A stretch of DNA of 64,000 nt from an uncultured bacterium (GTDB lineage: Bacteria; Pseudomonadota; Alphaproteobacteria; Caulobacterales; Hyphomonadaceae): assembly GCA_942493305.1 (NCBI GenBank), contig OW818686.1:2441911-2505910 (forward strand), in the 5' to 3' direction. Shown here piece by piece: positions 1 through 9,692 of this stretch. The notes under the pieces are model-generated. The model searched no databases. It worked only from the letters and a program-made list of their open reading frames with translations, and was not told the origin of the DNA. Position 1 is the stretch's first letter. The number at the start of each line of letters is the position of its first letter. A program made the position numbers and the translations under genes.

Positions 1-219
1 CTGCAGTTTCAAGACACGATCCTCGTACCGACGATTCGCGAAGGTAAAGCATCGCGCCGAAAAATGTGCAGCGGTTTTCGCCATGGCGATGCAAAAATGG
101 GAAATCGAGGCTTCCGGGCGTGTGCCGAAGCCCTGGGCAGATTGCGCCGTCAAAAACCGCGCCCATATGCTGTGGCAGGACACCGCCGGTTCCCGGCGGA
201 CAAGAGGACGGAAACACCC

Positions 220-726
220 ATGTCGATTTCGATGTACACGGCCAGCGCGCCGGTCTTCCTGCGCATGCTCGGAAACCTGGACAAGCTGCTGGAAAAGGCC
301 GAGGCCAACGCGAAGGAACGTGGCTTCGACGCCAATATTCTCGTCAATCAGCGTCTCGCGCCCGACATGCGTCCGCTGTCATCACAGATCCAGCTCGCCA
401 GCGACAGCGCCAAGGGCGCTATCGCCCGCCTGTCCGGTAGCGCGCCGCCGTCCATGCCGGATACCGAAACGACGATCGCTGAACTCCGCGCCCGTATCGC
501 CGCCACGATCGACTATGTGAAAAGCGTGCCTGCGAGCGCCATCGATGGTTCGGAGGAAAAAGACGTCGTCCTGAAGACGCCGAACGGCGAAATTCCCTTC
601 AAGGGCCTCGGCTTCCTCACCGGCTTTGCTCTTCCGAACTTCCTCTTCCACGTCTCCATTGCCTACGCCATCCTCCGTCACAACGGCGTTCCCATCGGTA
701 AAATGGATTTCCTCGGTCGAGGCTGA
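220..726 (+). CDS. DUF1993-family protein
   Basis: Internal ATG at 220 of ORF 64..726, preceded by AGGACGGA. N-terminus MSISMYTASAPVFLRML and C-terminus LPNFLFHVSIAYAILRHNGVPIGKMDFLG are typical of DUF1993. A paralog lies at 33543..34055. Confidence 0.85.
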   Translation: MSISMYTASAPVFLRMLGNLDKLLEKAEANAKERGFDANILVNQRLAPDMRPLSSQIQLASDSAKGAIARLSGSAPPSMPDTETTIAELRARIAATIDYVKSVPASAIDGSEEKDVVLKTPNGEIPFKGLGFLTGFALPNFLFHVSIAYAILRHNGVPIGKMDFLGRG

Positions 727-733
727 ACCACAG

Positions 734-839
734 CTTGTCATCCCGGAAGCGCGCAGCGCTATCCGGGACCCATTTCACGATCCATGAGGATGGTTGAATG
801 GGTTCCGGGTCCGCGCCGCGCATCGCCCGGGATGACAGC
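734..839. repeat. REP-like imperfect palindrome (arms CTTGTCATCCCGG...GGGACCCATT / AATGGGTTCC...CCGGGATGACAG)
   Basis: Two ~40-nt arms are reverse-complementary with a few mismatches around a ~22-nt spacer. It is intergenic. A related GTCATTCCGGC/GCCGGAATGAC hairpin lies at 25885..25927. Confidence 0.6.
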
Positions 840-988
840 TGGACTGGCTGGCAGAGTAGCGATCAAGGTGAGCAGGCCCGAATGGCCGCCTGCGAAGCTG
901 GCGGATATTCGCTTGCGCACCGCGTGTTTGCGACTAGCCACCCAGCCCACAATCCCCGAAACTCCTGCCACGATTCCGGGAGCAGGGC

Positions 989-1672
989 ATGACGTGGCTC
1001 GATGGCGGCGCGCTCGCCTTCTTCATCTTCGCCTGGTGGTTTCTCAGCTGGCTGATCGACCATTCGCCGTGGCACAGGCTCACGCTCTCGGCGGGCATGA
1101 AGACGCAGCGCCGTGAGTGGATGAAGCGCATGGCGTCGCGCGAAATCCGCCTCGTCGACGCCAACATCATCACAGGCTTGCAGCAGGCGACATCCTTCTT
1201 CGCCTCAACCGCGCTGCTCGCAGTCGGCGCCGGCTTTGCGTTGCTCACCGCGGCTGACACCATCATCGGCGCGTTCGAGGAAAGCGTCGTCCACCTGCAT
1301 ATCGACCGGGCTTCGTTCTACATGAAGACCGGCGTGCTGATGGCGCTCTATGCCTACGCCTTCTTCAAGTTCGGCTGGGCCTATCGCCTGTTCAACTACT
1401 CGGCCGTCATGCTTGCCGCCACGCCCGAAGCCGGACAGCCAGGCGCGGAAGACGCAGCAAAAGACGTGGCCGAGATGAACATCGCCGCCGCCAGCCAGTT
1501 CACCCATGGCCTGCGCGCCTTCTTCCTCGCCATCGCCATTCTCGCCTGGTTCGTGACGTGGTGGACCTTCGTGATCGCCACGCTGGTCATCTTCCTCTCC
1601 CTCGCCAACCGCCAGTTCGGCTCCCGCGCCCGCCACATCGCCCAACTCGCTCACAAGAGACTGGGCGCCTGA
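989..1672 (+). CDS. DUF599-family integral membrane protein
   Basis: 227-aa ORF with a hydrophobic N-terminus FFIFAWWFLSWLIDHSPW, the motif QRREWMKRMASREIRLVDANII, and several predicted TM helices. Confidence 0.8.
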   Translation: MTWLDGGALAFFIFAWWFLSWLIDHSPWHRLTLSAGMKTQRREWMKRMASREIRLVDANIITGLQQATSFFASTALLAVGAGFALLTAADTIIGAFEESVVHLHIDRASFYMKTGVLMALYAYAFFKFGWAYRLFNYSAVMLAATPEAGQPGAEDAAKDVAEMNIAAASQFTHGLRAFFLAIAILAWFVTWWTFVIATLVIFLSLANRQFGSRARHIAQLAHKRLGA

Positions 1673-1747
1673 TCCCATCGAAGTGTGTCGACGACGCGCT
1701 TCAAGCAGCCGCCGGCAAAGCCAGCGGATCGCACCACGAATCCTCTC

Positions 1748-2475
1748 CCGGCGGTCCAATGTGCCAAACTCGGGGGAAAGTCGTTGTCCAGATCCGGAGG
1801 AAACAGAAATCAGATTCCCCGATCTTCCAACGCATTAGTCAGAAATTCCGGGGGAAGCCCACATCCAGATTCGGCCGGGTTCTGCGCGCACTCACACTGC
1901 AGCCCATGCAGTTCGAAGCACACCAGCCCGAACACCACACCAACGCGACCAGCCAAAGCTGGCCCGCGCCCCTCACCATGTTCATCGCCTGGCTCGCCGC
2001 TCTCCTCGCTCGCATCACCCGCCTCAACACCATCCGCCGCACCACGAAGTTCAAATCGACTTGGCGCGATAACTGGCCCGGCCTCCGCCAAAGCGAATGG
2101 CACCGCGACCTGATGCTTACCCAGGGCGCAGCGCTCCTGCTCTCCGGCAAGACGCTCGACGACGCCGATTTCGTCGACCATCCCATGCCCGCCGATTACG
2201 GCGGCCCTTGCCCCAAATCCCCCTATGAAATGAAACGCCGCTTCGCCGTCATCGCCGACTGGCTCCGCGATCCTGAAGCTCACATCCACCGCCACGCCGC
2301 GCGCATCGCGAAGCGTGCCGCGCTGACTTCAGAACCGCGCGTCGCCCTCATGCTGAGCAGCGACCGCAGGGAGCTGTGCGTTCATCGCGAGCCCGTCGAA
2401 GGATCGAACCACGCGGGCGGGCTCGCCAACGCCCGCGCCCCGCCCAACAGCCCCCGACTGCCGATTGCCTGCGGC
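1748..2475 (+). repeat. Copy A of a ~730-bp diverged inverted repeat (partner 10785..11520)
   Basis: Aligned by eye to the reverse complement of 10785..11520. Similarity begins at CCCGGCGGTCCAATGTG(C/G)CAAACTCGGGGGAAAGTC and fades after ...GCCCGCGC(C/T)CC(G/A)CCCAACA. Roughly 85% identity. Confidence 0.85.
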
Positions 2476-2496
2476 TTCAGCGCCTCGCGCGTCTGA
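1906..2496 (+). CDS. hypothetical protein, repeat-borne paralog A (196 aa, one N-terminal hydrophobic helix)
   Basis: ATG at 1906 (MQFEAHQPEH...), inside track ORF 1558..2496. About 85% identical to the N-terminal 180 aa of ORF 9693..11360(-). Substitutions are mostly conservative (K/R, S/A, T/A), which suggests real coding sequence. I do not recognise the family. Confidence 0.5.
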   Translation: MQFEAHQPEHHTNATSQSWPAPLTMFIAWLAALLARITRLNTIRRTTKFKSTWRDNWPGLRQSEWHRDLMLTQGAALLLSGKTLDDADFVDHPMPADYGGPCPKSPYEMKRRFAVIADWLRDPEAHIHRHAARIAKRAALTSEPRVALMLSSDRRELCVHREPVEGSNHAGGLANARAPPNSPRLPIACGFSASRV

Positions 2497-2661
2497 AGTC
2501 GCTCCCGCGCGCCTGCTGCCCACGCTAGAGGCGCCTGCCAGCCGCTCGCCAGATCCACACAAAACCGCAACAAAATTACCCCACGCAAATGTCGCCGGGT
2601 ACCGCTTGCCACCATGCCCGACCACGGGTCAATTTGGGGCAGGGACGGACAGGGCGGCGAT

Positions 2662-4068
2662 ATGGACGGCCACACCACACAGCAGTCCGAAGCGGCCCGG
2701 CTCCTTGAGCTGCAAACCGCTGCGCAACGCAAGGAAGGCTCGCCGCCGTCCCGCGTCCGGATCGACCGGCTTTACCAGCTCGAAGACATGGTCCGCAAAC
2801 GCACCGAGGTCTTTGCCGGCGCGATCTCCAGCGATTTCGGCAACCGTTCGCGATTCGAAACGGACCTGCTCGAAACCATGGTCACCATCTCGGCCATCCG
2901 TCATGCGCGGAAGAATGTGAAATGGTGGATGCAGCCGAGCTACCAGGAAGTCGCCCTGAATTTCTGGCCGGGCGCCGCACTGGTGCGGCCCGAGCCGCTG
3001 GGCGTCGTCGGAATCATTTCGCCGTGGAACTACCCGCTGCAACTCGCCATCGCCCCCCTGGTCGATGCGATCGCCGCCGGGAACCGCGTCGTCATCAAGC
3101 CGTCCGAGCACACGCCCGCCTTCAGCGAGCTTCTGCAGCGCGCGGTGAAGGAAACCTTTGACGAAGATGAAGTCGCCGTCGTCCTTGGCGGTCCGGAGGT
3201 CGCGGCCGACTTCACGCGTTTGCCGTTCGACCATCTCGTCTTTACCGGCTCCACCGCGCTCGGCCGCAAGGTCGCCTCAGCCGCCGCCGAAAACCTCACC
3301 CCCACGACGCTCGAACTCGGCGGAAAATCCCCCGCCGTGATCTGCCCAACGGCGTCGATGTCGAAAGCGGTGAAGGCCATCGCCTATGGCAAGTTCATCA
3401 ACGCCGGCCAGACCTGCATCGCGCCCGACTATGTCCTGGCTCCGCGTGAGCGGATGATCGAGGTGGCGGAGCTCATCATCGCCGAAGCCAAGCGCGCCTA
3501 TCCCACCCTCGGCGCGGATTACTCCAGTATCATCACCGAGCGCTCCTTCGACCGCCTCACAGCGGCGATCACCGAAGCCGAGATCGGCGGCGCCAAGGTC
3601 CTTCGCCATCCCGTCTCTTCGGATCGCTCGCGACGCATCCTGTCGCCCGCAGTCGTCCTCGATCCTCCGCAGGAATCGATGCTCGCGCGCGAGGAGATTT
3701 TCGGACCCGTCCTCCCCATCATCGGCTACGACACGCTCGACGACGCCATCGACTGGATCCGCACCCACCCCCACCCCCTCTCCCTCTACATCTTCGCCGA
3801 AGACCACAAGGAACAGAACCGAGTGCTCGATCGCACGCAGTCGGGCGGCGTCACCGTCAATGGGACGTTGCTACATGTCGCGCAGGAAGGCCTGCCGTTC
3901 GGCGGGGTAGGGGCCAGCGGCTGGGGCGCCTATCACGGCAAGTCCGGCTTCGACCGCTTTACCCATCAACGCGCTGTCTTCCGCACGCGTTTCTTCAACG
4001 CCGCCACACTTCTTGCGCCCCCCTATGGGCCGCGCGCGAAGCGGCTGCTAAGATTCCTTATGCGGTAG
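2662..4068 (+). CDS. NAD(P)+-dependent aldehyde dehydrogenase (coniferyl-aldehyde dehydrogenase-like)
   Basis: ALDH motifs are present: ISPWNYP, FTGSTALGRKV, the catalytic-Glu region ELGGKSP, and the catalytic-Cys region NAGQTCIAPDY. The start could be 2614 or 2662. Confidence 0.9.
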   Translation: MDGHTTQQSEAARLLELQTAAQRKEGSPPSRVRIDRLYQLEDMVRKRTEVFAGAISSDFGNRSRFETDLLETMVTISAIRHARKNVKWWMQPSYQEVALNFWPGAALVRPEPLGVVGIISPWNYPLQLAIAPLVDAIAAGNRVVIKPSEHTPAFSELLQRAVKETFDEDEVAVVLGGPEVAADFTRLPFDHLVFTGSTALGRKVASAAAENLTPTTLELGGKSPAVICPTASMSKAVKAIAYGKFINAGQTCIAPDYVLAPRERMIEVAELIIAEAKRAYPTLGADYSSIITERSFDRLTAAITEAEIGGAKVLRHPVSSDRSRRILSPAVVLDPPQESMLAREEIFGPVLPIIGYDTLDDAIDWIRTHPHPLSLYIFAEDHKEQNRVLDRTQSGGVTVNGTLLHVAQEGLPFGGVGASGWGAYHGKSGFDRFTHQRAVFRTRFFNAATLLAPPYGPRAKRLLRFLMR

Positions 4069-4079
4069 CGACGCCGTGC

Positions 4080-5279
4080 TTACTGGTGATCTCTCAGGCC
4101 AAGCACGCGCTTGGCGACCACATTGAGATTTACCTCGGATGTGCCGCCTTCGATCGAGTTACCCTTGGCTCGGAGCATCGAACGTGTCGACATGATCTCA
4201 CCTGACTTGAAGCCGTCGCCTTCCCATCCGAGACCCTGATAGCCCATCGCCTCGACTTGAAGCTCAGTTTTGGTCTGGTTCATCTTGGCGGCGGCATACT
4301 TGATGATCGACGTGCCGGGACCAACATCAGCGCCCGCTTTCGCCATTTCCGTGTTGCGCGCGATCGTCAGCAGGAAGGCGTGTTCATACATCATCGACTT
4401 GGTGATGCGGCTTCGCAGGTCGCCATCGGCAAGGGCGCCATCTTTCGTGCCGACATACTTCTTGGCAATATCGGCCAGCGACGGGCCCGAATTGCGGTCA
4501 GCGCCAAAGCCGGTGGCGGATATGTTCTGTCGCTCATATTGCAGCAGGCGCTTGGCGATATCCCAGCCCTTGCCCGGCGTGCCGACGAGTTGCTCTTTTG
4601 GAATCTTCACATCCGTGAAGAAGGTTTCGCAGAACGGCGACGAGCCAGAGATCAGCAGGATCGGTCGCGTCTCCACGCCGGGCGTCGTCATGTCAAACAG
4701 CACGAAGGAGATGCCTTCATGCTTTTTCGTAAAGTCAGTCCGAACGAGACAGAAGATCCAGTCCGCGTGGTTGGCGTAGGATGTCCATATCTTCGAGCCG
4801 TTGATCAGCCAATGATCGCCATTGTCCTCGCACTTGGTCTGTAGCGAGGCGAGGTCGGAGCCGGCGCCAGGCTCGGAATAACCCTGGCACCAGCGCGTGC
4901 GACCATGGACGATATCGGGCAGAAAGCGCTTCTTCTGTTCCTCGTTGGCATATTCGAGCAGCACAGGGCCAAGCATCCACAGGCCGAACGAGGCGAGCGG
5001 CGACCGCGCATTGATCCGCTTCATCTCCTGGTCGAGCACGATGATTTCGGATTTGGAAAGCCCGCCGCCGCCGTACTCCTTCGGCCAGCCCGGCGCCGTC
5101 CATCCTTTGCCGGCCATACGCTCCAGCCAGATCTTGGAGTCGGGGTTCTTGAAAACCTGATTGCGGCCTCCCCAGACAACCTCTTCTTCAGCCATCGGCG
5201 TCCGCATCGAGGGGGGGCAGTTCTCCTCGAGCCAGGCGCGAGTTTCTGCGCGGAACGTCTCAAGGTCGGCCATGGTCAT
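4080..5279 (-). CDS. acyl-CoA dehydrogenase family protein
   Basis: 399 aa with typical ACAD segments: WCQGYSEPGAGSDLASL, KIWTSYANHADW, and C-terminal GGTSEVNLNVVAKRVLGL. Confidence 0.9.
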   Translation of the reverse strand: MTMADLETFRAETRAWLEENCPPSMRTPMAEEEVVWGGRNQVFKNPDSKIWLERMAGKGWTAPGWPKEYGGGGLSKSEIIVLDQEMKRINARSPLASFGLWMLGPVLLEYANEEQKKRFLPDIVHGRTRWCQGYSEPGAGSDLASLQTKCEDNGDHWLINGSKIWTSYANHADWIFCLVRTDFTKKHEGISFVLFDMTTPGVETRPILLISGSSPFCETFFTDVKIPKEQLVGTPGKGWDIAKRLLQYERQNISATGFGADRNSGPSLADIAKKYVGTKDGALADGDLRSRITKSMMYEHAFLLTIARNTEMAKAGADVGPGTSIIKYAAAKMNQTKTELQVEAMGYQGLGWEGDGFKSGEIMSTRSMLRAKGNSIEGGTSEVNLNVVAKRVLGLRDHQ

Positions 5280-5346
5280 CTCCGGTGTGCGCGAAATGGC
5301 TAAAGGCGGGCGCCCGAGGGGTCAAGCATCTGCCGCTCATTGTGGC

Positions 5347-5583
5347 TCAGGGGGCAGGATACCCGCTCAACGTGCGCTGCCCTGTATGGATACCCATCAG
5401 ACCCAGTATGTGGATCAGCAAGAAAATTGCCGCAGTCGCAGCGAAGACCGTGACCAGCGGCCAGGATATCCACTGCGCGTTGAGGCTATCCTTGCGTGGC
5501 CTGCCGGACTTCCAGCCCGCAAATGCCGCGAGTCCAGCAAAGCCGACAAACCCACACACTGTCAGGATCCAATCCATGTCCAT
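5347..5583 (-). CDS. small hydrophobic membrane protein (hypothetical)
   Basis: Internal ATG of ORF 5347..5649. MDMDWILTVCGFVGFAGLAAFAGW and PLVTVFAATAAIFLLIHILGLMGI give two TM-like helices. There is no strong SD. Confidence 0.4.
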   Translation of the reverse strand: MDMDWILTVCGFVGFAGLAAFAGWKSGRPRKDSLNAQWISWPLVTVFAATAAIFLLIHILGLMGIHTGQRTLSGYPAP

Positions 5584-5673
5584 TCTGAAGGGATGTCGTG
5601 AGCCCCATGGACAGGCAAGGCCGAGAGCCAGAAAACATGCTGGGGCCAAACATCACGCTGGATATCTTGCCTG

Positions 5674-7242
5674 CTAATGGAAAAATTCGAAATGCAGCTG
5701 CGCTCCGCTTTCATTTGGCGGCTGCGGCCGCTCTTCTCTAACGCCGCCAGTTGGCCGCGACTTTGTTACCCCGTGCTGCGTCTTTGCCCAAAAGTGCGGC
5801 TTCAGCTTCATCTCGACCAAGGCGCGAAGCATCGCCAATGACTGCAGCGGCCAGTAAAGCGGCATCGTGATGATCGTACCAAGCGTGGCGTGCTTTGATC
5901 GGGAGGTAAGCGCCGCCAACACGGCGCTGAGATAGCCCAATCCGGCCATGCCCCAGTGCCATGCTTCAACACTCTGGAAAAGGAACAGGCTTGCCGCGAT
6001 CCAGAGATAGAGCGGTCCATGCAGGATAGAGGCGAGAATGCCCCCTCCCAAAGTCAGATGAGTGGAGAGGTAGTTCACAGTTCCCATCTCACGCATGGCG
6101 CGGATAGGGTGACGATTGAGAACCAGCCATGTCTGAAGGTGACCCTTCATCCAGCGAGAGCGTTGGCTACGCCACGCTTTCATTCGTACTGGAGCTTCCT
6201 CAAGCGTAGGTGGTGTTACCATTCCCGCGACATAGCCAAACCGCGCAAGCCGCATCCCAATGTCTGCATCCTCGGTGACGTTCCAGGCATCCCAGCCGCC
6301 AACCTCCACAAGCGTGTCGCGGCGAAAATAGTTGCTTGTTCCGCCAAGCGGCACCGGTAGCCGAAGCTGCGCAAGCAGTGGCAGCCACACAGAGAAATGA
6401 ATTGCATACTCCAGCGCGAATTGCCGTGCGATCCAACTGTCCTTGCCGTTGTGGATCTGTAGGGGCGCCTGGACGACAGCGAGATTGCTCGGGCCTCTCA
6501 AAAAAGCTGCCATCGCGGCACGCGGCTGATCCGCCGCCGGAAGGTCCTCGGCGTCGTAGATCGCAACAATGTCACCCTGAGCAAAAGCGAGGGCATAGTT
6601 AAGCGCCTTGGGCTTGGTGCGCGGCGCGCCGGGGGGAATCGGGATGACTTCGAAATGCTGCGGAAGTCTCTGTGCCTCGATCGCTGCGATTGTCTCGGGA
6701 TCGTCGGCCTCAACCAGCAACTTCACATCGAGCCGCCAGCTTGGATAATCCAGGCGCGATAGGGCTGCGATGAGATTTGGAACGACAGCTGCCTCGCGAT
6801 AAAGTGGAACAAGTATCGTGAGTGTCATAAGTTCGTCGTTTCGCAGTCTGGCCTGAGCAGGCATCGGCTTGCGGCGCAGGGCGGCGACGATCGTCCAGAA
6901 GCGCATTGCGATGATCAGTCCGAACGCAACGGCCACAGCAATCGCCAGCGCGCTGATCGCGGTTGCCGTTGCGAAGTAAAGCCAAGCGCCATACCCACCA
7001 AACAGAAGTATTCCGATGATGCGCTGCTTTGCGTTGAGACCCCAGCGTGCGCTGAACTCTGGATGCTGTGAGGAAAGTCGTTCGCTCGCGGCGCCAAACG
7101 CCTGCGCCTCGGCAAGCCTGCGCTTGAAGAGGTCCTCCCGATCCCACGCGCGCACGGCCGCGCCGCGCGCCCGCGATGCGGTCACGCCCCAATCACTATC
7201 GAACAGGATAGCCCCCAAAGCCCAGGTTTTCCGTTGCCGCAA
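5674..7242 (-). CDS. membrane-embedded family-2 glycosyltransferase (processive synthase type)
   Basis: GT2 hallmarks are present: VAIYDAEDLP, TEDADIGMRLARFGY, and the Q(R/Q)xRW motif RSQRSRWMKG. TM segments flank the domain on both sides. Confidence 0.85.
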   Translation of the reverse strand: MRQRKTWALGAILFDSDWGVTASRARGAAVRAWDREDLFKRRLAEAQAFGAASERLSSQHPEFSARWGLNAKQRIIGILLFGGYGAWLYFATATAISALAIAVAVAFGLIIAMRFWTIVAALRRKPMPAQARLRNDELMTLTILVPLYREAAVVPNLIAALSRLDYPSWRLDVKLLVEADDPETIAAIEAQRLPQHFEVIPIPPGAPRTKPKALNYALAFAQGDIVAIYDAEDLPAADQPRAAMAAFLRGPSNLAVVQAPLQIHNGKDSWIARQFALEYAIHFSVWLPLLAQLRLPVPLGGTSNYFRRDTLVEVGGWDAWNVTEDADIGMRLARFGYVAGMVTPPTLEEAPVRMKAWRSQRSRWMKGHLQTWLVLNRHPIRAMREMGTVNYLSTHLTLGGGILASILHGPLYLWIAASLFLFQSVEAWHWGMAGLGYLSAVLAALTSRSKHATLGTIITMPLYWPLQSLAMLRALVEMKLKPHFWAKTQHGVTKSRPTGGVREERPQPPNESGAQLHFEFFH

Positions 7243-7301
7243 CTAAACAGTTGCGTTCTAAACGAATCAAGCCCTGCGCGTGAAAACTCTTGAAAATTCT
7301 T

Positions 7302-9614
7302 CTAAGCGCGGCGGCGTAGGGTACGCACATTTCCGTCAAGGCCGGGCGCGCCTTCCTTGCGCTCTATCTCCGAAACCGGGATCGGACGGCTGTAGAGATA
7401 GCCCTGCACCTCGGTGCAACCGAGACTCGCCAGCATACTTGCCTGCTGCTCGTTCTCCACACCTTCGGCGGTGACACGCATACCAAGATCCCGCGCCAGC
7501 GAAATGATCGCGCGCACGATGGCCTGGTTCTCGATGGATGTGTCGATATCGCGAACGAAACGCTGGTCGATCTTGATCTTGTCGAAGGGGAAGGCTCGCA
7601 GATAGCTGAGCGACGAATATCCGGTACCGAAGTCGTCGAGTGCGATCTTGACGCCAAGTTCTCGTAAGGCGTGGAGTATACGGATGTTGTGCTCGGTTTC
7701 GTCCATCAGGACGCTTTCGACGATCTCGATCTCCAGACGACGCGGATCAAGTTGCGAGGCGGCGAGCGCGCTGACGACAGTGGACAACAGCGATGGGTTT
7801 TTCATCTGCGCGGGAGAGAGGTTGACGGCAACCGTCACGTCATCCTTCCATTGTGCTGCTTCAGCGATCGCCTTGCGGATTACCCATTCACCGAGCGGTA
7901 CGATAATGCCGGTTTCCTCGGCGCAGGAGATGAAGAGTGCGGGGGAAACCAAGCCATGGCCCGGCCGGTTCCAGCGCAGGAGAGTCTCGTAGCCGGACAC
8001 CTTGTGAGTGCGCGTGTTCACCAGAGGCTGGAAGTAGACGTCCATTGCTTCGGCGGCGAGCGCGGAGCGAAGGTCTGTTTCCAGGTCAGCGCGAACGCGT
8101 GCGTCTTCCTCCATGCCCGGCTCGAAAAAGCGCGCGCAGCCGCGGCCCTGCGCTTTGGCGCGGTAGAGGGCGAGTTCGGCATTCTTCATCAGTATGGCGG
8201 GATCCGTCCCATTCTCCGGAGCCAGGGCTACCCCGACGCTGCCGCCGGCGAGGATTTCCTTGCCGTTGAGGTGAACCGGGGCGAGCAAAGCGTCGACGAC
8301 AAGGTCTGCCAGTTCGACGGCCTCATCTGTCGCCATGTCGCGATGGAGGACGGCGAATTCGTCGCCGCCCAGCCGGGCGAGAAAGGCATTCTCGCCAATG
8401 CTGTCGCGCAGGCGTTCGGCGACCACCTTGAGGTATGCGTCGCCGGCAGGATGGCCCTGCGTATCGTTCAGTGTCTTGAAGTTGTCCATGTCGATCACGA
8501 ACAGCGCGAAGCTTTCGTGAGTGATTTCGGCCGCCTGTTGAGCGATTTCCAGCTGACGTATCAGCATGACTCGATTGGGCAGGTCAGTCAGCGAGTCGTA
8601 TTCCGTAACATACGCGATCCGCGCTTCAGCGTCGCGTGAGCGGGTGATATCGGAGCAGACGCCGCGCCAGCCGCCATCGGCGGTGGGCTGTCCGCTCATT
8701 GACCACCAGCCTTCGCGCTCTCCGATCGAGACGCGCAGCACCTCGTCGCGGAATGGTTTGCGTAGGGTGAGTAGGTCCTGAAGTTGGCGCACGGACTCTG
8801 GTGCGAAGAGTGCGAGCAGGCTGCCGCCTTCGAGGACGTCGGACGGAAGATTGGCGGCGTCGGCGAAACGCTGCGAGGGGCGGGCGAGACGGCCTTGGGT
8901 GTCGGCGCGCCAGAGCCAGTCGGCGGAGTGGGCTTCGAAGTCGTGGAGGAGAAGGTCTACCGTGTCCTTCGCTTCCTGCATGGCGGAGGTGGCGAGGAGG
9001 CGGCGGGTGTCGGCGGCGGAGGTGGCGGCGGCGAAGCGTTGCAGCGCCGTGATGCCGGCGGCGATCAGGAGGACGGCGTTGATCGACCAGATGTGGCCGC
9101 CGATGAGAAGACCGAGGCTGGCGCCACCGCCAACGAGAAGCGAGTAGCCGAGGGAGGCCACCGGATAGGATGAATGGAGGAGGGCGCCGACGCAGAGGAT
9201 GGCGGCGGTGAAGAGGCCCAGCAGCAGGCCCTGCTCCGGACCGCTGGAGGCGATCAGAGCGGCAATGATGGCGCCCCAGAGCGCGCCGGAAAAAAGCGTG
9301 TAGCGAACGATGCGGCCATCTTCGACGGCGCCCTCGATCTGGCCTTCAGGGCGGCGCGACTCGCGCATGCGGATGAAGATCAGGACCGCGCTGGTGTAGC
9401 ACCACACGAAAACCAGCGGCATCGCCGGCTCGTTCCAGAACGCGAAGGTGAGCACCACGGCGTTGAGGAGGGAGTAGATCGCGGCGAGGGGGGCGAGGGC
9501 GTGGAAGGCGCGGCGGCGCGATGCGCTGACGGCGGCCTGATGCTCGGCGGGGATATCCACCTCGCCGAGGAAGATGCTGCGAAGGCCTGAAAGGCGCACG
9601 ATAACCCCACCCAT
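7302..9614 (-). CDS. membrane-anchored GGDEF/EAL (diguanylate cyclase/phosphodiesterase) protein
   Basis: The N-terminal ~200 aa has multiple TM helices, followed by a PAS-like linker. RLGGDEFAVL is a GGDEF motif. The EAL domain carries LEIEIVES, DDFGTGYSSLSYL and QGYLYSRP. Confidence 0.9.
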   Translation of the reverse strand: MGGVIVRLSGLRSIFLGEVDIPAEHQAAVSASRRRAFHALAPLAAIYSLLNAVVLTFAFWNEPAMPLVFVWCYTSAVLIFIRMRESRRPEGQIEGAVEDGRIVRYTLFSGALWGAIIAALIASSGPEQGLLLGLFTAAILCVGALLHSSYPVASLGYSLLVGGGASLGLLIGGHIWSINAVLLIAAGITALQRFAAATSAADTRRLLATSAMQEAKDTVDLLLHDFEAHSADWLWRADTQGRLARPSQRFADAANLPSDVLEGGSLLALFAPESVRQLQDLLTLRKPFRDEVLRVSIGEREGWWSMSGQPTADGGWRGVCSDITRSRDAEARIAYVTEYDSLTDLPNRVMLIRQLEIAQQAAEITHESFALFVIDMDNFKTLNDTQGHPAGDAYLKVVAERLRDSIGENAFLARLGGDEFAVLHRDMATDEAVELADLVVDALLAPVHLNGKEILAGGSVGVALAPENGTDPAILMKNAELALYRAKAQGRGCARFFEPGMEEDARVRADLETDLRSALAAEAMDVYFQPLVNTRTHKVSGYETLLRWNRPGHGLVSPALFISCAEETGIIVPLGEWVIRKAIAEAAQWKDDVTVAVNLSPAQMKNPSLLSTVVSALAASQLDPRRLEIEIVESVLMDETEHNIRILHALRELGVKIALDDFGTGYSSLSYLRAFPFDKIKIDQRFVRDIDTSIENQAIVRAIISLARDLGMRVTAEGVENEQQASMLASLGCTEVQGYLYSRPIPVSEIERKEGAPGLDGNVRTLRRRA

Positions 9615-9692
9615 TGGCGCCGAATGAACACAGGGCGCCGGATGAGACTGTCAAAACAAGGTCGATATCACGTCAAAGCGGTACATTAAATT

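Noticed and set aside
1558-1905. N-terminal 116-aa extension of the repeat ORF A as drawn in the track (start 1558).
   Set aside because: The extension overlaps the 3' end of the DUF599 gene in another frame and is Pro/Arg-rich junk. Homology with copy B at the protein level starts at MQFEAHQ (1906). The upstream 160 bp are conserved as DNA but not as a clean ORF in copy B.
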